Shown here: positions 1 through 12,100 of the stretch, piece by piece
How positions within the stretch are numbered: the stretch's first letter is position 1
Layout of the letters: each line of letters begins with the position of its first letter
NCBI RefSeq assembly: GCF_964355755.1
Contig: NC_092679.1
Location: 22,737,432 to 22,801,431, forward strand
Direction: 5' to 3'
DNA length: 64,000 nucleotides
DNA from: Antedon mediterranea
Lineage: Eukaryota > Animalia > Echinodermata
The notes under the pieces: model-generated
What the model was told of the DNA's origin: nothing
What the model saw: the letters and a program-made list of their open reading frames with translations, nothing else
Database searches by the model: none
Program-made: the position numbers and the translations under genes

Positions 1-1370
1 TCATCAATTATCGATACTTCGTTTTCGTCAAATTCACAACTTGCACATGTTTGATTTTTATGATCTGTAACATTACTATCAAATCTATTAGTTCTGTCAT
101 TCATTTTGCTACTATTTTGTGATTTCACATCGTCAGTCGCTGTGTTGTCGTTTTCTTCAGTACATTTCATTTTAAAGTCGTCATCAGTTTTCATTTCTGA
201 ATTGTCATTTTTACCTTTCATTAAAATAATATCTTCGCCAATCCGTTCCATAGTATCGCAATCATTCTTGTGGTGTTTTAAATTCAGGTTCATATTATCT
301 TGTGATTCTTTGTTATCAATCTTCTTACTTTTGACAAAACGACCCTTGCTATTTCGTTTCGAACCACCACCTGATTGTTGTTGTATTCCGTTTGTTACCT
401 TTGTATTTTTCAAAACATCACACATAAGCTTACCATTCATTTCGTCATTTTCCTTGTATTCTCTATAAGTACTTGTATTCATGTTCCATTCCATTTTGTT
501 ATTATTTCGTCTTTCATAGAAATCTTTTACACCTTTGCCGATATATTTTACACCTGGTTCTATAATTATACCATTTATAACGCACTTTCTCCTTTTCTTA
601 TTTCCTCTATTTTTACATCTTTTTTTTCTGTTGTCGGTTCTTTTCTTTGATCTTACTCTCATCCAATCACTACCAAGTAAATCTTCACTTCCTGTTTGTT
701 GACATTTTAATTTTGCATTATTACAACGTTTTTCTTTATTTTTCGTTAATTCTGGAAAGTCTGAAGTGACAGATTCATCAGGTTCTAGAATCGTATATCT
801 ATTGAAATGACAGGGAATACCTATTTCACCCAACATGTTATCAACTAAATTACTATTCCCACACATTGAACAAATCCAAATTACCCTGGAATTACATAGT
901 TTGTCTTCAAAAACATCTCTTACACATTTCACATGAAAATATTGACTACAACGGTCACATGTTATGCAATTGTCTACTTTCACTTCAATATTACAGAAAT
1001 CGCATGTATCATCAAACTCTGAAGTGACCTCTGTACCATAAGATAATATGTTTATGATATCATCAATTATTCCTTTAAATTCAGTTGTATCTTTCATAAA
1101 TTCACAATTGACATTACCTGTATCATCATTTCTCTTGTCTTTGACATTCTCAGTTGAACAGCATTCATCAAGTAGGTCCAAGATGTCATTAACAACTATT
1201 TTAAATTCTGCTGTCTTATCCATAACTCCATTATTAACATTACCAGTTGTATTGACAAAAATCTGCTTTTTACTTGTAACTTCTTTATTCACATTCTTAC
1301 ACAAATAAATTATCATTGTAAAGATAATCAACAAAAAGATACCAACTACTGCTATGAATTCCATATCCAT
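1..1370 (-). CDS. Partial ORF (>=456 aa, open to the window edge): N-terminal hydrophobic helix, PHD finger, low-complexity K/N/D-rich region; probably transposon-encoded
   Basis: Hand translation from ATG 1370 (MDMEFIAVVGIFLLIIFTMIIYLCK...) has no stop down to base 1. Contains CDFC...CITCDRCSQYFHVKC...WICSMC, the C4HC3 PHD spacing with Trp before the last Cys pair. Missing from the ORF track because no stop lies in the window. Confidence 0.8.
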   Translation of the reverse strand, partial: MDMEFIAVVGIFLLIIFTMIIYLCKNVNKEVTSKKQIFVNTTGNVNNGVMDKTAEFKIVVNDILDLLDECCSTENVKDKRNDDTGNVNCEFMKDTTEFKGIIDDIINILSYGTEVTSEFDDTCDFCNIEVKVDNCITCDRCSQYFHVKCVRDVFEDKLCNSRVIWICSMCGNSNLVDNMLGEIGIPCHFNRYTILEPDESVTSDFPELTKNKEKRCNNAKLKCQQTGSEDLLGSDWMRVRSKKRTDNRKKRCKNRGNKKRRKCVINGIIIEPGVKYIGKGVKDFYERRNNNKMEWNMNTSTYREYKENDEMNGKLMCDVLKNTKVTNGIQQQSGGGSKRNSKGRFVKSKKIDNKESQDNMNLNLKHHKNDCDTMERIGEDIILMKGKNDNSEMKTDDDFKMKCTEENDNTATDDVKSQNSSKMNDRTNRFDSNVTDHKNQTCASCEFDENEVSIID

Positions 1371-1940
1371 TATTCAAAATTTGTATAAGAAACAAATTTC
1401 TTCAAATTTATAATCTTTGTTTACAAATTAAATTAAAATGTATTCTGCAATTCCAATGAATATTACAATTAGGTTCTTTTTATCAATTCAAACTTCAAAA
1501 AAGAAATCCTTGCTACAACAAAATAAATTATTAAAAATTCCAAAAACAAATCAACTTTATATTGTCTTTTGTTTCTATGACTTTTAACTTTTGTCCTAAT
1601 TTCTTTTCTCTTTGTCAATATTTTTTTTGTCTGCTTTTTTTCAATAATTCGATTATACAATTTCACTGAATAAAAAAATTAGCTTCTGCTTAATATTGGC
1701 TTGATGAAATACTTTATATTAATTTAAACTTCTCTGTAATACTTGGTTATGCTAAATAGTTTCAGATTCTAATTTTTATTCTTTTTACAATTCTACTTAA
1801 TAACAGATTCAAATAAAAGTGATATTTAAATCTTCTTTAATTAATTCTTTTGTAATAAACTCTGTTTAATATTTATTTTTTTATAATAAGCTTCTGTTTT
1901 ATTCTTCAAACTTTTGTTTGTATAATCAAACTTTAACTTT

Positions 1941-2200
1941 ACACTTTTGCTTTTGCAAAAATGGTTTTGTAATAAACTTTTGTTTATTAATTGTTTCCTT
2001 GTGATTAACTTCTGTTATCTTCAAGGTTTTACACTTTTGCTTTTGCAAAAATGGTTTTGTAATAAACTTTTGTTTATTAGTTGTTTCCTTGTGATTAACT
2101 TCTGTTATCTTCAAGGTTTTACACTTTTGCTTTTGCAAAAATTGTTTGTAATAAACTTTTGTTTATTAGTTTTTTCCTTGCGATAAACTTCTGTTTACTT
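1941..2200. repeat. 90-bp tandem repeat, about 2.8 copies
   Basis: ACACTTTTGCTTTTGCAAAAA recurs at 1941, 2031 and 2121. Confidence 0.9.
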
Positions 2201-2939
2201 CAAGAATGTTTTAAAGATACTTTTAAAAAATGTTTAAAAAGAAATTGTGCATAAATATTAAAATTCGGTAACCCCTCGTAGAAACTCTCTTTGGAGAGTG
2301 GATCTTTTTCTAAAGACCCGGATCTCTTCTGAGATCCAGTGGGTTTATATAAGACAGTCACCTACAATAAAAGAAAAAAAAAAGAGTTAGTTATTAATTT
2401 TAAGATACACTGTACAGTACTAAGAATTACAGTCAAACAATTATAAATTGAATCAGTAGATAAATCAATGTTTTTACAAATACCTAAATAATAATATACA
2501 CATCCCCCCTGTGGAATGTAACATGATCTATTGGGCCTAGCAAAACAAATTAGGACCAACTCATTACTAAATTCAGGATAGACCCATTTTATAAAATTGC
2601 AAATTTATTTCTGGAGAAACTGACCACCACATTTATGTTAAAAAGGATGATTGTCCCAATTTTTGAAGTAAATTGTGATAATATATTTGTGACTTTGGTT
2701 TATACAATATAAATAAATCACTATAGAAGATATTTTGACTTAAAAATATGTCAAAACTTCATTACATGGAATGTGTCGGAAACAAATTCTTTCATAACAA
2801 TTTCACCTTCAAAATTAATCTGAAAATAGGTTTAATTATTCAATGTTCTAATAAAATAGAATTTTATACACAAAAATATTTGGTCACTCAGTATAGTAAA
2901 TTTACAAACAACACATGTTTATCAATTATTGGAGGGCAT

Positions 2940-5900
2940 AAAGTAAGGAAAATATGTTTTTTCCGTTTTACAGATAATTTTCTAATACTCACAGCTGTAA
3001 CTGGCACTGTATATTTTCTGTACAACTACAATCTAAAAAATAAAAGGAAAATCATTAATAATGGCAATAAACAACATTAACACTTTTTCAAAATCAACAT
3101 GCTTCTTAATCAATGTCTGAAAAATTAAGAAATTTTCTCAAAATGAATTTGGGTATTAGACAGCTGGTTAGGGCCTACATGTTGTCTCAATGCTAATTTC
3201 ATTTAATATTTTATTCACAAACCATAAAATCTGAATTATGTAAATGTTTCATAATAGAACATGCCTACAAAATAACAGGCAACGGTTCACAAAGTAAAGA
3301 AAATATGTTTTATCCGTTTAACAGATAATATACTAATACTCACAGCTGTAGCTGACACTGTATATGTTCTACAATCTAAAAAAAAAAAAAAACAAGGAAA
3401 AACATTAATAATTGGCAATAAACAACATTAACACTTTTTCCAAATCAACATGCTTCTTAATCAATGTCTGAAAAATTAAGAAATTTCTCAAAATGACTTT
3501 GGGTATGAGACAGCTGGTTAGGCCTACATGTTGTCTTAATGCTAATTTCATTTAATATTTTATTCACAAACCATAAAATCTGAATGATGTAAATGTTACA
3601 TAATAGAAAATGCCTACAAAATAACAGGCAACGGTTCACAAAGTAAAGAAAATATGTTTTCTCCGTTTAACAGATAATCTACTAATACTCACAGCTGTAG
3701 CTGACACTGTATATTTTCTACAATCTAAAAAAACAAAACAAGGAAAAACATCAATAATTGGCAATAAACAACATTAACACTTTTTCCAAATCAACATGCT
3801 TCTTAATCGAGGTCTGAAAAATTAAGAAATTTCCTTAAAATGACTTTAGGTATGGGACGGCTGGTTAGGGCCTACATGTTGTCTCAATACTACTTTCATT
3901 TAATATTGTATTCACAAACCATAAAATCTGAATTATTTAAATGTTTCATAATATAAAATGCCTACAAAATAACAGGCAACAGTTCACAAAGTAAGGAAAA
4001 TATGTTTTCTCCGTTTAACAGATAATCTACTAATACTCACAGCTGTAGCTGAAACTGTTAATTTTCTACAATCTAAAAAAAACAAGGAAAAACATTGATA
4101 ATGGCAATAAACAACATTAACACTTTTTCCAAATCAATATGCTTCTTAATCAATGTCTGAAAAATTAGGAAATTTCCTCAAAATGACTTTGGGTATGGGC
4201 CGGCTCATTGCGGCCTACATGTTGTCTCAATGGTAATTTCATTTAATTATTTGATCACAAACAATAAAATCTGAATTACGTAAATGTTTCATAATAGAAA
4301 ATGTTTACAAAATAACAGGCAACAGTTCACAAAGTAGGAAAATATGTTTTCTCCGTTTAACAGATAATCTACTGATACTCACAGCTGTAGCTGAAACTGT
4401 ATATTTTCTACAATCTAAAAAAAAACAAGGAAAAACATTGATAATGGCAATAAACAACATTAACACTTTTTCCAAATCAACAAGCTTCTTAATCAATGTC
4501 TGAAAAATTTAGAAATTTCCTCAAAATGACTTTGGGTATGGGTCGGCTAATTGGGGCCTACATGTTGTCTCAATGCTAATTTCATTTAATATTTTATTCA
4601 CAAACCATAAAATCTGAATGATGTAAATGTTTCATAATAGAAAATGCCTACAAAATAACAAGCAACAGTTCACAAAGTAAAGAAAATATGTTTTCTCTGT
4701 TTAGCAGATAATCTACTAATACTCACAGCTGTAGCTGACACTGTATATTTTCTACAATCTAAAAAAAAACAAGGAAAAACATTAATAATTGGCAATAAAC
4801 AACATTAACACTTTTTCCAAATCAACATGCTTCTTAATCGAGGTCTGAAAAATTTAGAAATTCCTCAAAATGACTTTGGGTATGAGACAGCTGGTAAGGG
4901 CCTACATGTTTTCTCAATGCTAATTTCATTTAATATTTTATTCACAAACCATAAAATCTGAATGCTGTAAATGTTTCATAATAGAAAATGCCTACAAAAT
5001 AACAGGCAACTGTTCATAAAGTAAGGAAAATATGTTTTCTCCGTTTAACAGATAATCTACTAATACTCACAGCTGTAGCTAAAACTGTATATTTTCTACA
5101 ATCTAAAAACAACAAGAAAAAACATTGATAATGGCAATAAACAACATTAACCCTTTTGCTAAATCAACATGCTTCTTAATCAATGTCTGAAAAATTAAGA
5201 AATTTTCTCAAAATAACTTTGGGTATGGGCCGGCTGATTGGGGTCTACATGTTGTCTCAATACTACTTTCATTTAATATCTTATTCACAAACCATAAAAT
5301 CTGAATTATGTAAATGTTTCATAATATAAAATGCCTACAAAATAACAGGCAACAGTTCACAAAGTAAGGAAAATATGTTTTCTCCGTTTAACAGATAATC
5401 TACTAATACTCACAGCTGTAGCTGAAACTGTTAATTTTCTACAATCTAAAAAAAACAAGGAAAAACATTGATAATGGCAATAAACAACATTAACACTTTT
5501 TCCAAATCTACATGCTTCTTAATCAATGTCTGAAAAATTAGGAAATTTCCTCAAAATGACTTTGGGTATGGGCCGGCTGATTGCGGCCTACATGTTGTCT
5601 CAATGGTAATTTCATTTAATTGTTTGATCACAAACAATAAAATCTGAATTATGTAAATGTTTCATAATAGAAAATGCCTACAAAATAACAGGCAACAGTT
5701 CAAAAAGTGAAAAAAGTAAGGAAAATATGTTTTCTCTGTTTAGCAGATAATCTACTGATACTCACAGCTGTAGCTGACACTGTATATTTTCTACAATCTA
5801 AAAAAAAAAACAAGGAAAAACATTAATAATTGGCAATAAACAACATTAACACTTTTTCCAAATCAACATGCTTCTTAATCGAGGTCTGAAAAATTAAGAA

Positions 5901-7030
5901 ATTCCTCAAAATGACTTTGGGTATGAGACAGCTGGTTAGGGCCTACATGTTGTCTCAATGCTAATTTCATTTAATATTTTATTCACAAACCATAAAATCT
6001 GAATGCTGTAAATGTTTCATAATAGAAAATGCCTACAAAATAACAGGCAACTGTTCACAAAGTAAGGAAAATATGTTTTCTCCGTTTAACAGATAATCTA
6101 CTAATACTCACAGCTGTAGCTGAAACTGTTAATTTTCTACAATCTAAAAACAACAAGGAAAAACATTGATAATGGCAATAAACAACATTAACCCTTTTCC
6201 TAAATCAACATGCTTCTTAATCAATGTCTGAAAAATTAAGAAATTTCCTCAAAATAACTTTGGGTATGGGCCGGCTGATTGGGGTCTACATGTTGTCTCA
6301 ATACTACTTTCATTTAATATCTCATTCACAAACCATAAAATCTGAATTATTTAAATGTTTCATAATATAAAATGCCTACAAAATAACAGGCAACAGTTCA
6401 CAAAGCAAGGAAAATATGTTTTCTCCGTTTAACAGATAATCTACTAATACTCACAGCTGTAGCTGAAACTGTTAATTTTCTACAATCTAAAAAAAACAAG
6501 GAAAAACATTGATAATGGCAATAAACAACATTAACACTTTTTCCAAATCAACAAGCTTCTTAATCAATGTCTGAAAAATTTAGAAATTTCCTCAAAATGA
6601 CTTTGGGTATGGGTCGGCTAATTGGGGCCTACATGTTGTCTCAATGCTAATTTCATTTAATATTTTATTCACAAACCATAAAATCTGAATGATGTAAATG
6701 TTTCATAATAGAAAATGCCTACAAAATAACAGGCAACAGTTCACAAAGTAAGGAAAATATGTTTTCTCTGTTTAGCAGATAATCTACTAATACTCACAGC
6801 TGTAGCTGACACTGTATATTTTCTACAATCTAAAAAAAACCAAGGAAAAACATTAATAATTGGCAATAAACAACATTAACACTTTTTCCAAATCAACATG
6901 CTTCTTAATCGAGGTCTGAAAAATTAAGAAATTTCCTCAAATAAACTTATTTTATACACAAACAATAAAATCTGAATTATGTAAATGTTTCATAATAGAA
7001 AATGCCTACAAAATAACAGGCAACAGTTCA
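2940..7030. repeat. ~345-bp tandem repeat, about 12 copies
   Basis: AAAGTAAGGAAAATATGTTTTCTCCGTTTAACAG-like unit starts near 2940, 3291, 3640, 3988, 4331, 4674, 5018, 5361, 5712, 6058, 6402 and 6744; the last unit is internally deleted. Confidence 0.97.
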
Positions 7031-9127
7031 CTCCCAATCATGAAATCATTAATCATCTCTACAAACTATTTATTTAATATACACTACTTACAATATTCTG
7101 GAGATACTAAAGTAGAAACAATTGTGTATCTCTTCCAACAGCTACAAGACAAAAATATATTATTATTATAAATATCAATACAAATTGTGATCAAAACATC
7201 CACAATATTTGTAACAATGACAGGTGCGAAAGAGAACTGCGCTGACCTACGTCACTACTACTAGGACTACTGGAGTAAGCCTAGACAACATGCTATTGTA
7301 AGAAGAACGAGTCATTGTTTCTTCTCTTTAATAATTTATACAACTAAAAATTAAGCTAGAGTAAGAGTTAATATAATATAAGCCAGGTGCAAAAGGGAAC
7401 CTAGCGCCGTTTAGTCCTACTAAAAACAACAAGTATTCTTGTACAGGCTAGGCCTAGGTACACTATGAATGTAGCAGACATATTTGTTCGTATTTACCGG
7501 GACCGTATTTAACATACACATGGCCATACACGATTGTCGTGCTGCTACGAAAGCCATCGGGCTGAAAAACGTCACGACGTTTGCCATCTCTGAAAGTCTG
7601 ACATCCTTCCGTATATCTATAGTAGGCTAGGGTATCGTTAGTAAGTATCAATTACAAAACAACTACAAATCAAACAATCCACATAATTTCTTACCTATTT
7701 CTTATAGTATATCAATTCTCAACAAACTTGAGTTTGTTATTTATTTATTTAATCGTTGAAGTTCGACGATATAAAATGGTATTTGTAACAATATTATCAG
7801 AGAGCGACTCTTAAAAACCAACATGGAGTTTACCAACGACATACCACAACACAACACGTTGTCGAATTTTCTCGAAATTCGGTTCACCTACAGTATGGCA
7901 TGCAATCCTCGCCAAAATTACCAATATGTAACGAATAACGAAAATTAGTTTTCACGTCAGACCTATGTATTCTACGTGTATATTAGACGTTGCGTTTTCG
8001 CGGATAACCTAACTCGTCCGCAGTGACGAGTTCAAATCTAGTTATAAATTTAAGATTGTTGGAATAAGTTAATAATGGTAATTGAAATGGGATAATGAAT
8101 GCGAATTTAACCTTTGACGTGCAGTCACATATTGCTCGTATAATAACCATATGATTGATTTTGTTAACTCAAGTGACTTACTTAAAATAATGATATAAAT
8201 GCTTGTATTTACTTGTACCAACAATGACAGACGTTTTAGAAGGAGTTGTAATATGATGAAAGATTCCGGAAATGTAAAATTACATGTAAAATTGTAAAGA
8301 CCTTACAGAAGAAATTACGTTATATAACAAGTGACGATTATGTGAGATGAGACGCTAGGGAATCAAGTGACAAGTTATTGTCAACTAAGATGTGATGGCT
8401 ATTACTATATAGATGATCTAAAAGCGTGATTTTCATAACAAAATACGTTTTGAATACAAAATAGTAGAAAGGGATTTAACAACTGCTGAACGTGTAGCTC
8501 TCTATCTGATATGCATTGCATAGACCTGAAACACTCAGACGTTTTCAAACTCCAAAATTTGCCAAAGTTTTGAAAGGTGATTTAAAGTCTTAGGGTACAC
8601 TTGAAAACTCGAGCAACCTCCTGTTGAATTTGTAAAGAAAAGTTTCCAAGTGTTCTATTGTAGAACAGAGCACAGAAAACATAAATCTACACTAGAAATC
8701 TGTAGTTTAAAATCGAAAAAACTCGAACCAGATTTCAAACACAAATTTAGTTTTCTAGTGTAGACTGTGCACATGATTCTTCTCAACACTCCCGCCCGTG
8801 TTCTACACTAATAAACTTTAGTCTACAACCATAATTGACAAAATAGAAAAAGAGCAAACTCGTTTTTCAGACAGTTTGCTAGACACACATTGGCAAACAA
8901 CAGCAACTAGTTTGCATTAGTTACGCTGTATTATTTTTTTGTGATAAACAAGTTTACTAAAATGTTTGTGAACTAAAATAACATTGTTCTTATTCCAAAT
9001 CTCAGTCTGCCAACTATTTTCTGCAGTATTCCAATACTGACAAACTTATTTTGCTAACTCGATTCACACGTTTGCAAATTAAATTTTGCTGTAATTTTGT
9101 TTGAAGACAAAGCAAACAATAACGTAC

Positions 9128-12100
9128 CAGATACCAAAACCAGGTATATGTTTCTTGATAATCTTGTCCATCCAAATTGTTCAGCTTGTTGTCCAGGTAC
9201 AAAATCACCCAAGCCGACTGTTGTCGTTGAAATAAAGATGAAATAAAAACTGTCAAAGTACCTCCATTTCGGTTCAAGTACAGTGAATACAGCGGCCGGT
9301 ATAAAAACCATAAAAGCCAATATCGTAAGTACCAATATTGATAGATGCAGGAGGTTTATGCTTAGTTTTGCCACTTTGTAATCTGAAAATTGATAGGAAT
9401 TTGGTAAAATTAAATGTGATAAACAGTTTTAGATTACATTTCCATGTCGTCTCCTCGTAACTAACATGATTCTCCATTCTTACATAAGGTCTACATAAGA
9501 AATGAGAACAATTGGATGTATTTGTCTTGTTTTCTGGTGTAGTACTATTTCGTTTTGAATTGACATAAATGGTAGTGATATGCCCAAATATGGTAGTGAT
9601 ATGACATCATCATTGGCACATCACATTTTTTGGCACATAAAGTTTGATAGTGTAGACAGACCTTTAGAGTAAGATAATTAAATATATGATAATAAATAAA
9701 TGAAACTAAATAAGTTCTTCCCATTGTTAAAAAGGGGAGTATTATTTAATTTATCTTGTTAAAAAGGTAAAGATTTATATTCTGCGTTTTGTGTCTCAAA
9801 ATGAGAGAATGGCTTTCTGCCCTTTGGTTTCAGCATTTGTAACTCATTGTTGTTGTTATATTAACATAGGAATTCAAAGATTCTCATCAATGATGCCAGC
9901 ACTTAGAGTTTGGATCTCATTAAACTGATACTACTTGTATGTATTAATAGTCATTGGGTATCGTTACAACTCACTTAGTTTGTTTCGTAAGTACCGCAAC
10001 AGCTTATCTGAACATTTTCCAAGAAGTGCCATCAATCGACCTAGGAACAATAAGGTTACTGGAACGCCGATGGTGATGTAAACAACACAGAACGCTTTTC
10101 CTGATGTAGACAATGGAGATGCATGGCCGTAACCTACAATGAAATATATAAATAACATTAATTTAAACAAACAAACAAACAAAGTTTTAATAATGCTCAA
10201 CCTACATAGGAACCTATAGAATATATATATATATATAAATACGTGCGCAACTCAACACTAGTTAATAATAATAATATCCTGGATTTATATAGCGCCTAAT
10301 GTTGTGAAGCATCTAAGCGCTGAACATTATTACCGGATACCCCAGTCATTTTTTGGGGATCAAACATAACCATAGTCCCATAATGCAGCTACAGCGCAAA
10401 CTTATGTCTTGATCTAACCGGTTTCCCATTTATACACCTGGCTGAAGAGGCAAACGTAAGTAATGTATCTTGCCTACTAAAGATACAAGCAATGCGTCGA
10501 GAGTTGGATTCGAACCTTGATATCACGAACGTCTAACAGACTGCGCCACACGCGCCATACTATATACGTAAACTATTGAGCTTTCGTTTTTTGAACGGAG
10601 AAGATAATTGTATAGACGTAAACAATATTAATCTACGCATGCGTATACACCCTTCTGTTCATATATCAGGTTATGTTTTGTTAATTTATTCTTCGTCCAC
10701 CGTCCACCCGGAAAAAAGGCACACCGAATGAAGCTGTAGCTCAACACAATTTTCGTTATAAATATTAAATAATACATTTTTACGTAAACGTTTTCACTAT
10801 TAGGGCTTTGCCGTATATATTACTTAGTCAAACGCCTGTGATGAACTTTAACATTACTACGGTATAGTTATCTGTCAGACTTAAACGATTTACGAAAACA
10901 TAGTTAAAAGCAGTTGAACATTACCATGTAACTGATAGGGTTAGCAATTTGATTGATATAGTTTAGCGATGTTTTGTCGTCGATCGGAGTCGTGTAATCG
11001 AAATGCTTTTTTGAAAGAGGACCAGACTGCACGTTCGTCAGATAAAATGTACATCTACCTAACACTAATTAACATAAACACTGATAACAAAGGTTAGCCT
11101 ACCTATATTTATTCAAATATGAGGCTTATTTGTATAGGAAACTGACAGTTAAACTATAGAACAGCCCTCGAATATCACTCGAGAATAGACGGATTATCAC
11201 ATACTGTAGTATGAATTATAATTTCAAACAATGATCGATGAATAAATACAATGCGTTAGGGATTTACAGTGCACACATAAACACATAGTCTTTGTTTCAG
11301 ACGGAGTTTTGTCTTAATATTAGTAAAAAGATAAATATTTTGGCACATATGGCGTTTCATACGTATACTACTTGATTTTGGATACTCCATTTTCAGACAA
11401 AATCGAAATAAAAACAAATAAATTTTAAAAAAAGACAATGAATACAGACTTGGGGTAAGTCTAATAAACATACGGTACATACACCTAAAGAATTTTTTTG
11501 GTGAAATAATGTTGAATTACAGCTGTATTCGCGTTTGCAAGATGCTTTTAATATCTAAAAGTTCAATCACCTTTAGAAATACTCTTCATTAAAAAGCTAG
11601 ACTTAATTAACATTGAACTTTACGAATGCATGTGTTGAAAGAAGACCGCCGCAATTGTAATTACAAATATAATATTTCATATTGTCTGTTTCACACCTAC
11701 ATAAACGCGTTTTTACCAACTCTGACGTAAATTAGAAGCCCTTCTTCCGTACTCTGATGCTCCTGTCCAAACACAAAAAGCGACTGGTTTATACGCATGC
11801 GTCTGTGTAGGCCATATCACGTATTTTTTAATCTAATTAATTCTGCCTAGAGTCGCGAGATTTGTTGCGAAGGGTTTTTTCTCGGATATACTCGAACCAA
11901 CGACTTTTAGATTAATAATCTGGCGCTCATATCTCTATTAGATTATGACGATGATCGCACACCAGTAGGAGTTTTTACTTAATATTGGTAAAAAGATAAA
12001 TATGTTGGCATACGTATTATATTATACGTATTCCAACATATTTATCTTTTTACCAATTAAGTAAAAACTCCTACTGGGCCTACTACTTGAGCTTGTGTTT

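Larger units (their letters stand above)
1..8042. mobile_element. Putative Helitron-superfamily (Helentron/HINE-like) element, one terminus near 8041, extending past the left edge
   Basis: GCGGATAA, then hairpin AACTCGTC-cgcagt-GACGAGTT (8011-8032), then CTAG|T (8038-8042). Internal tandem arrays and a long intronless ORF. No Rep or helicase domain is visible in the window. Confidence 0.5.

Noticed and set aside
106-1308. Plus-strand ORFs 106-468, 375-650 and 1048-1308
   Set aside because: Antisense shadows of the minus-strand PHD ORF.
3640-3675. Plus-strand GTAA...TTTAACAG intron in each 345-bp unit
   Set aside because: Only about 30 nt between donor and acceptor, too short for a typical intron; the minus-strand signals fit better.
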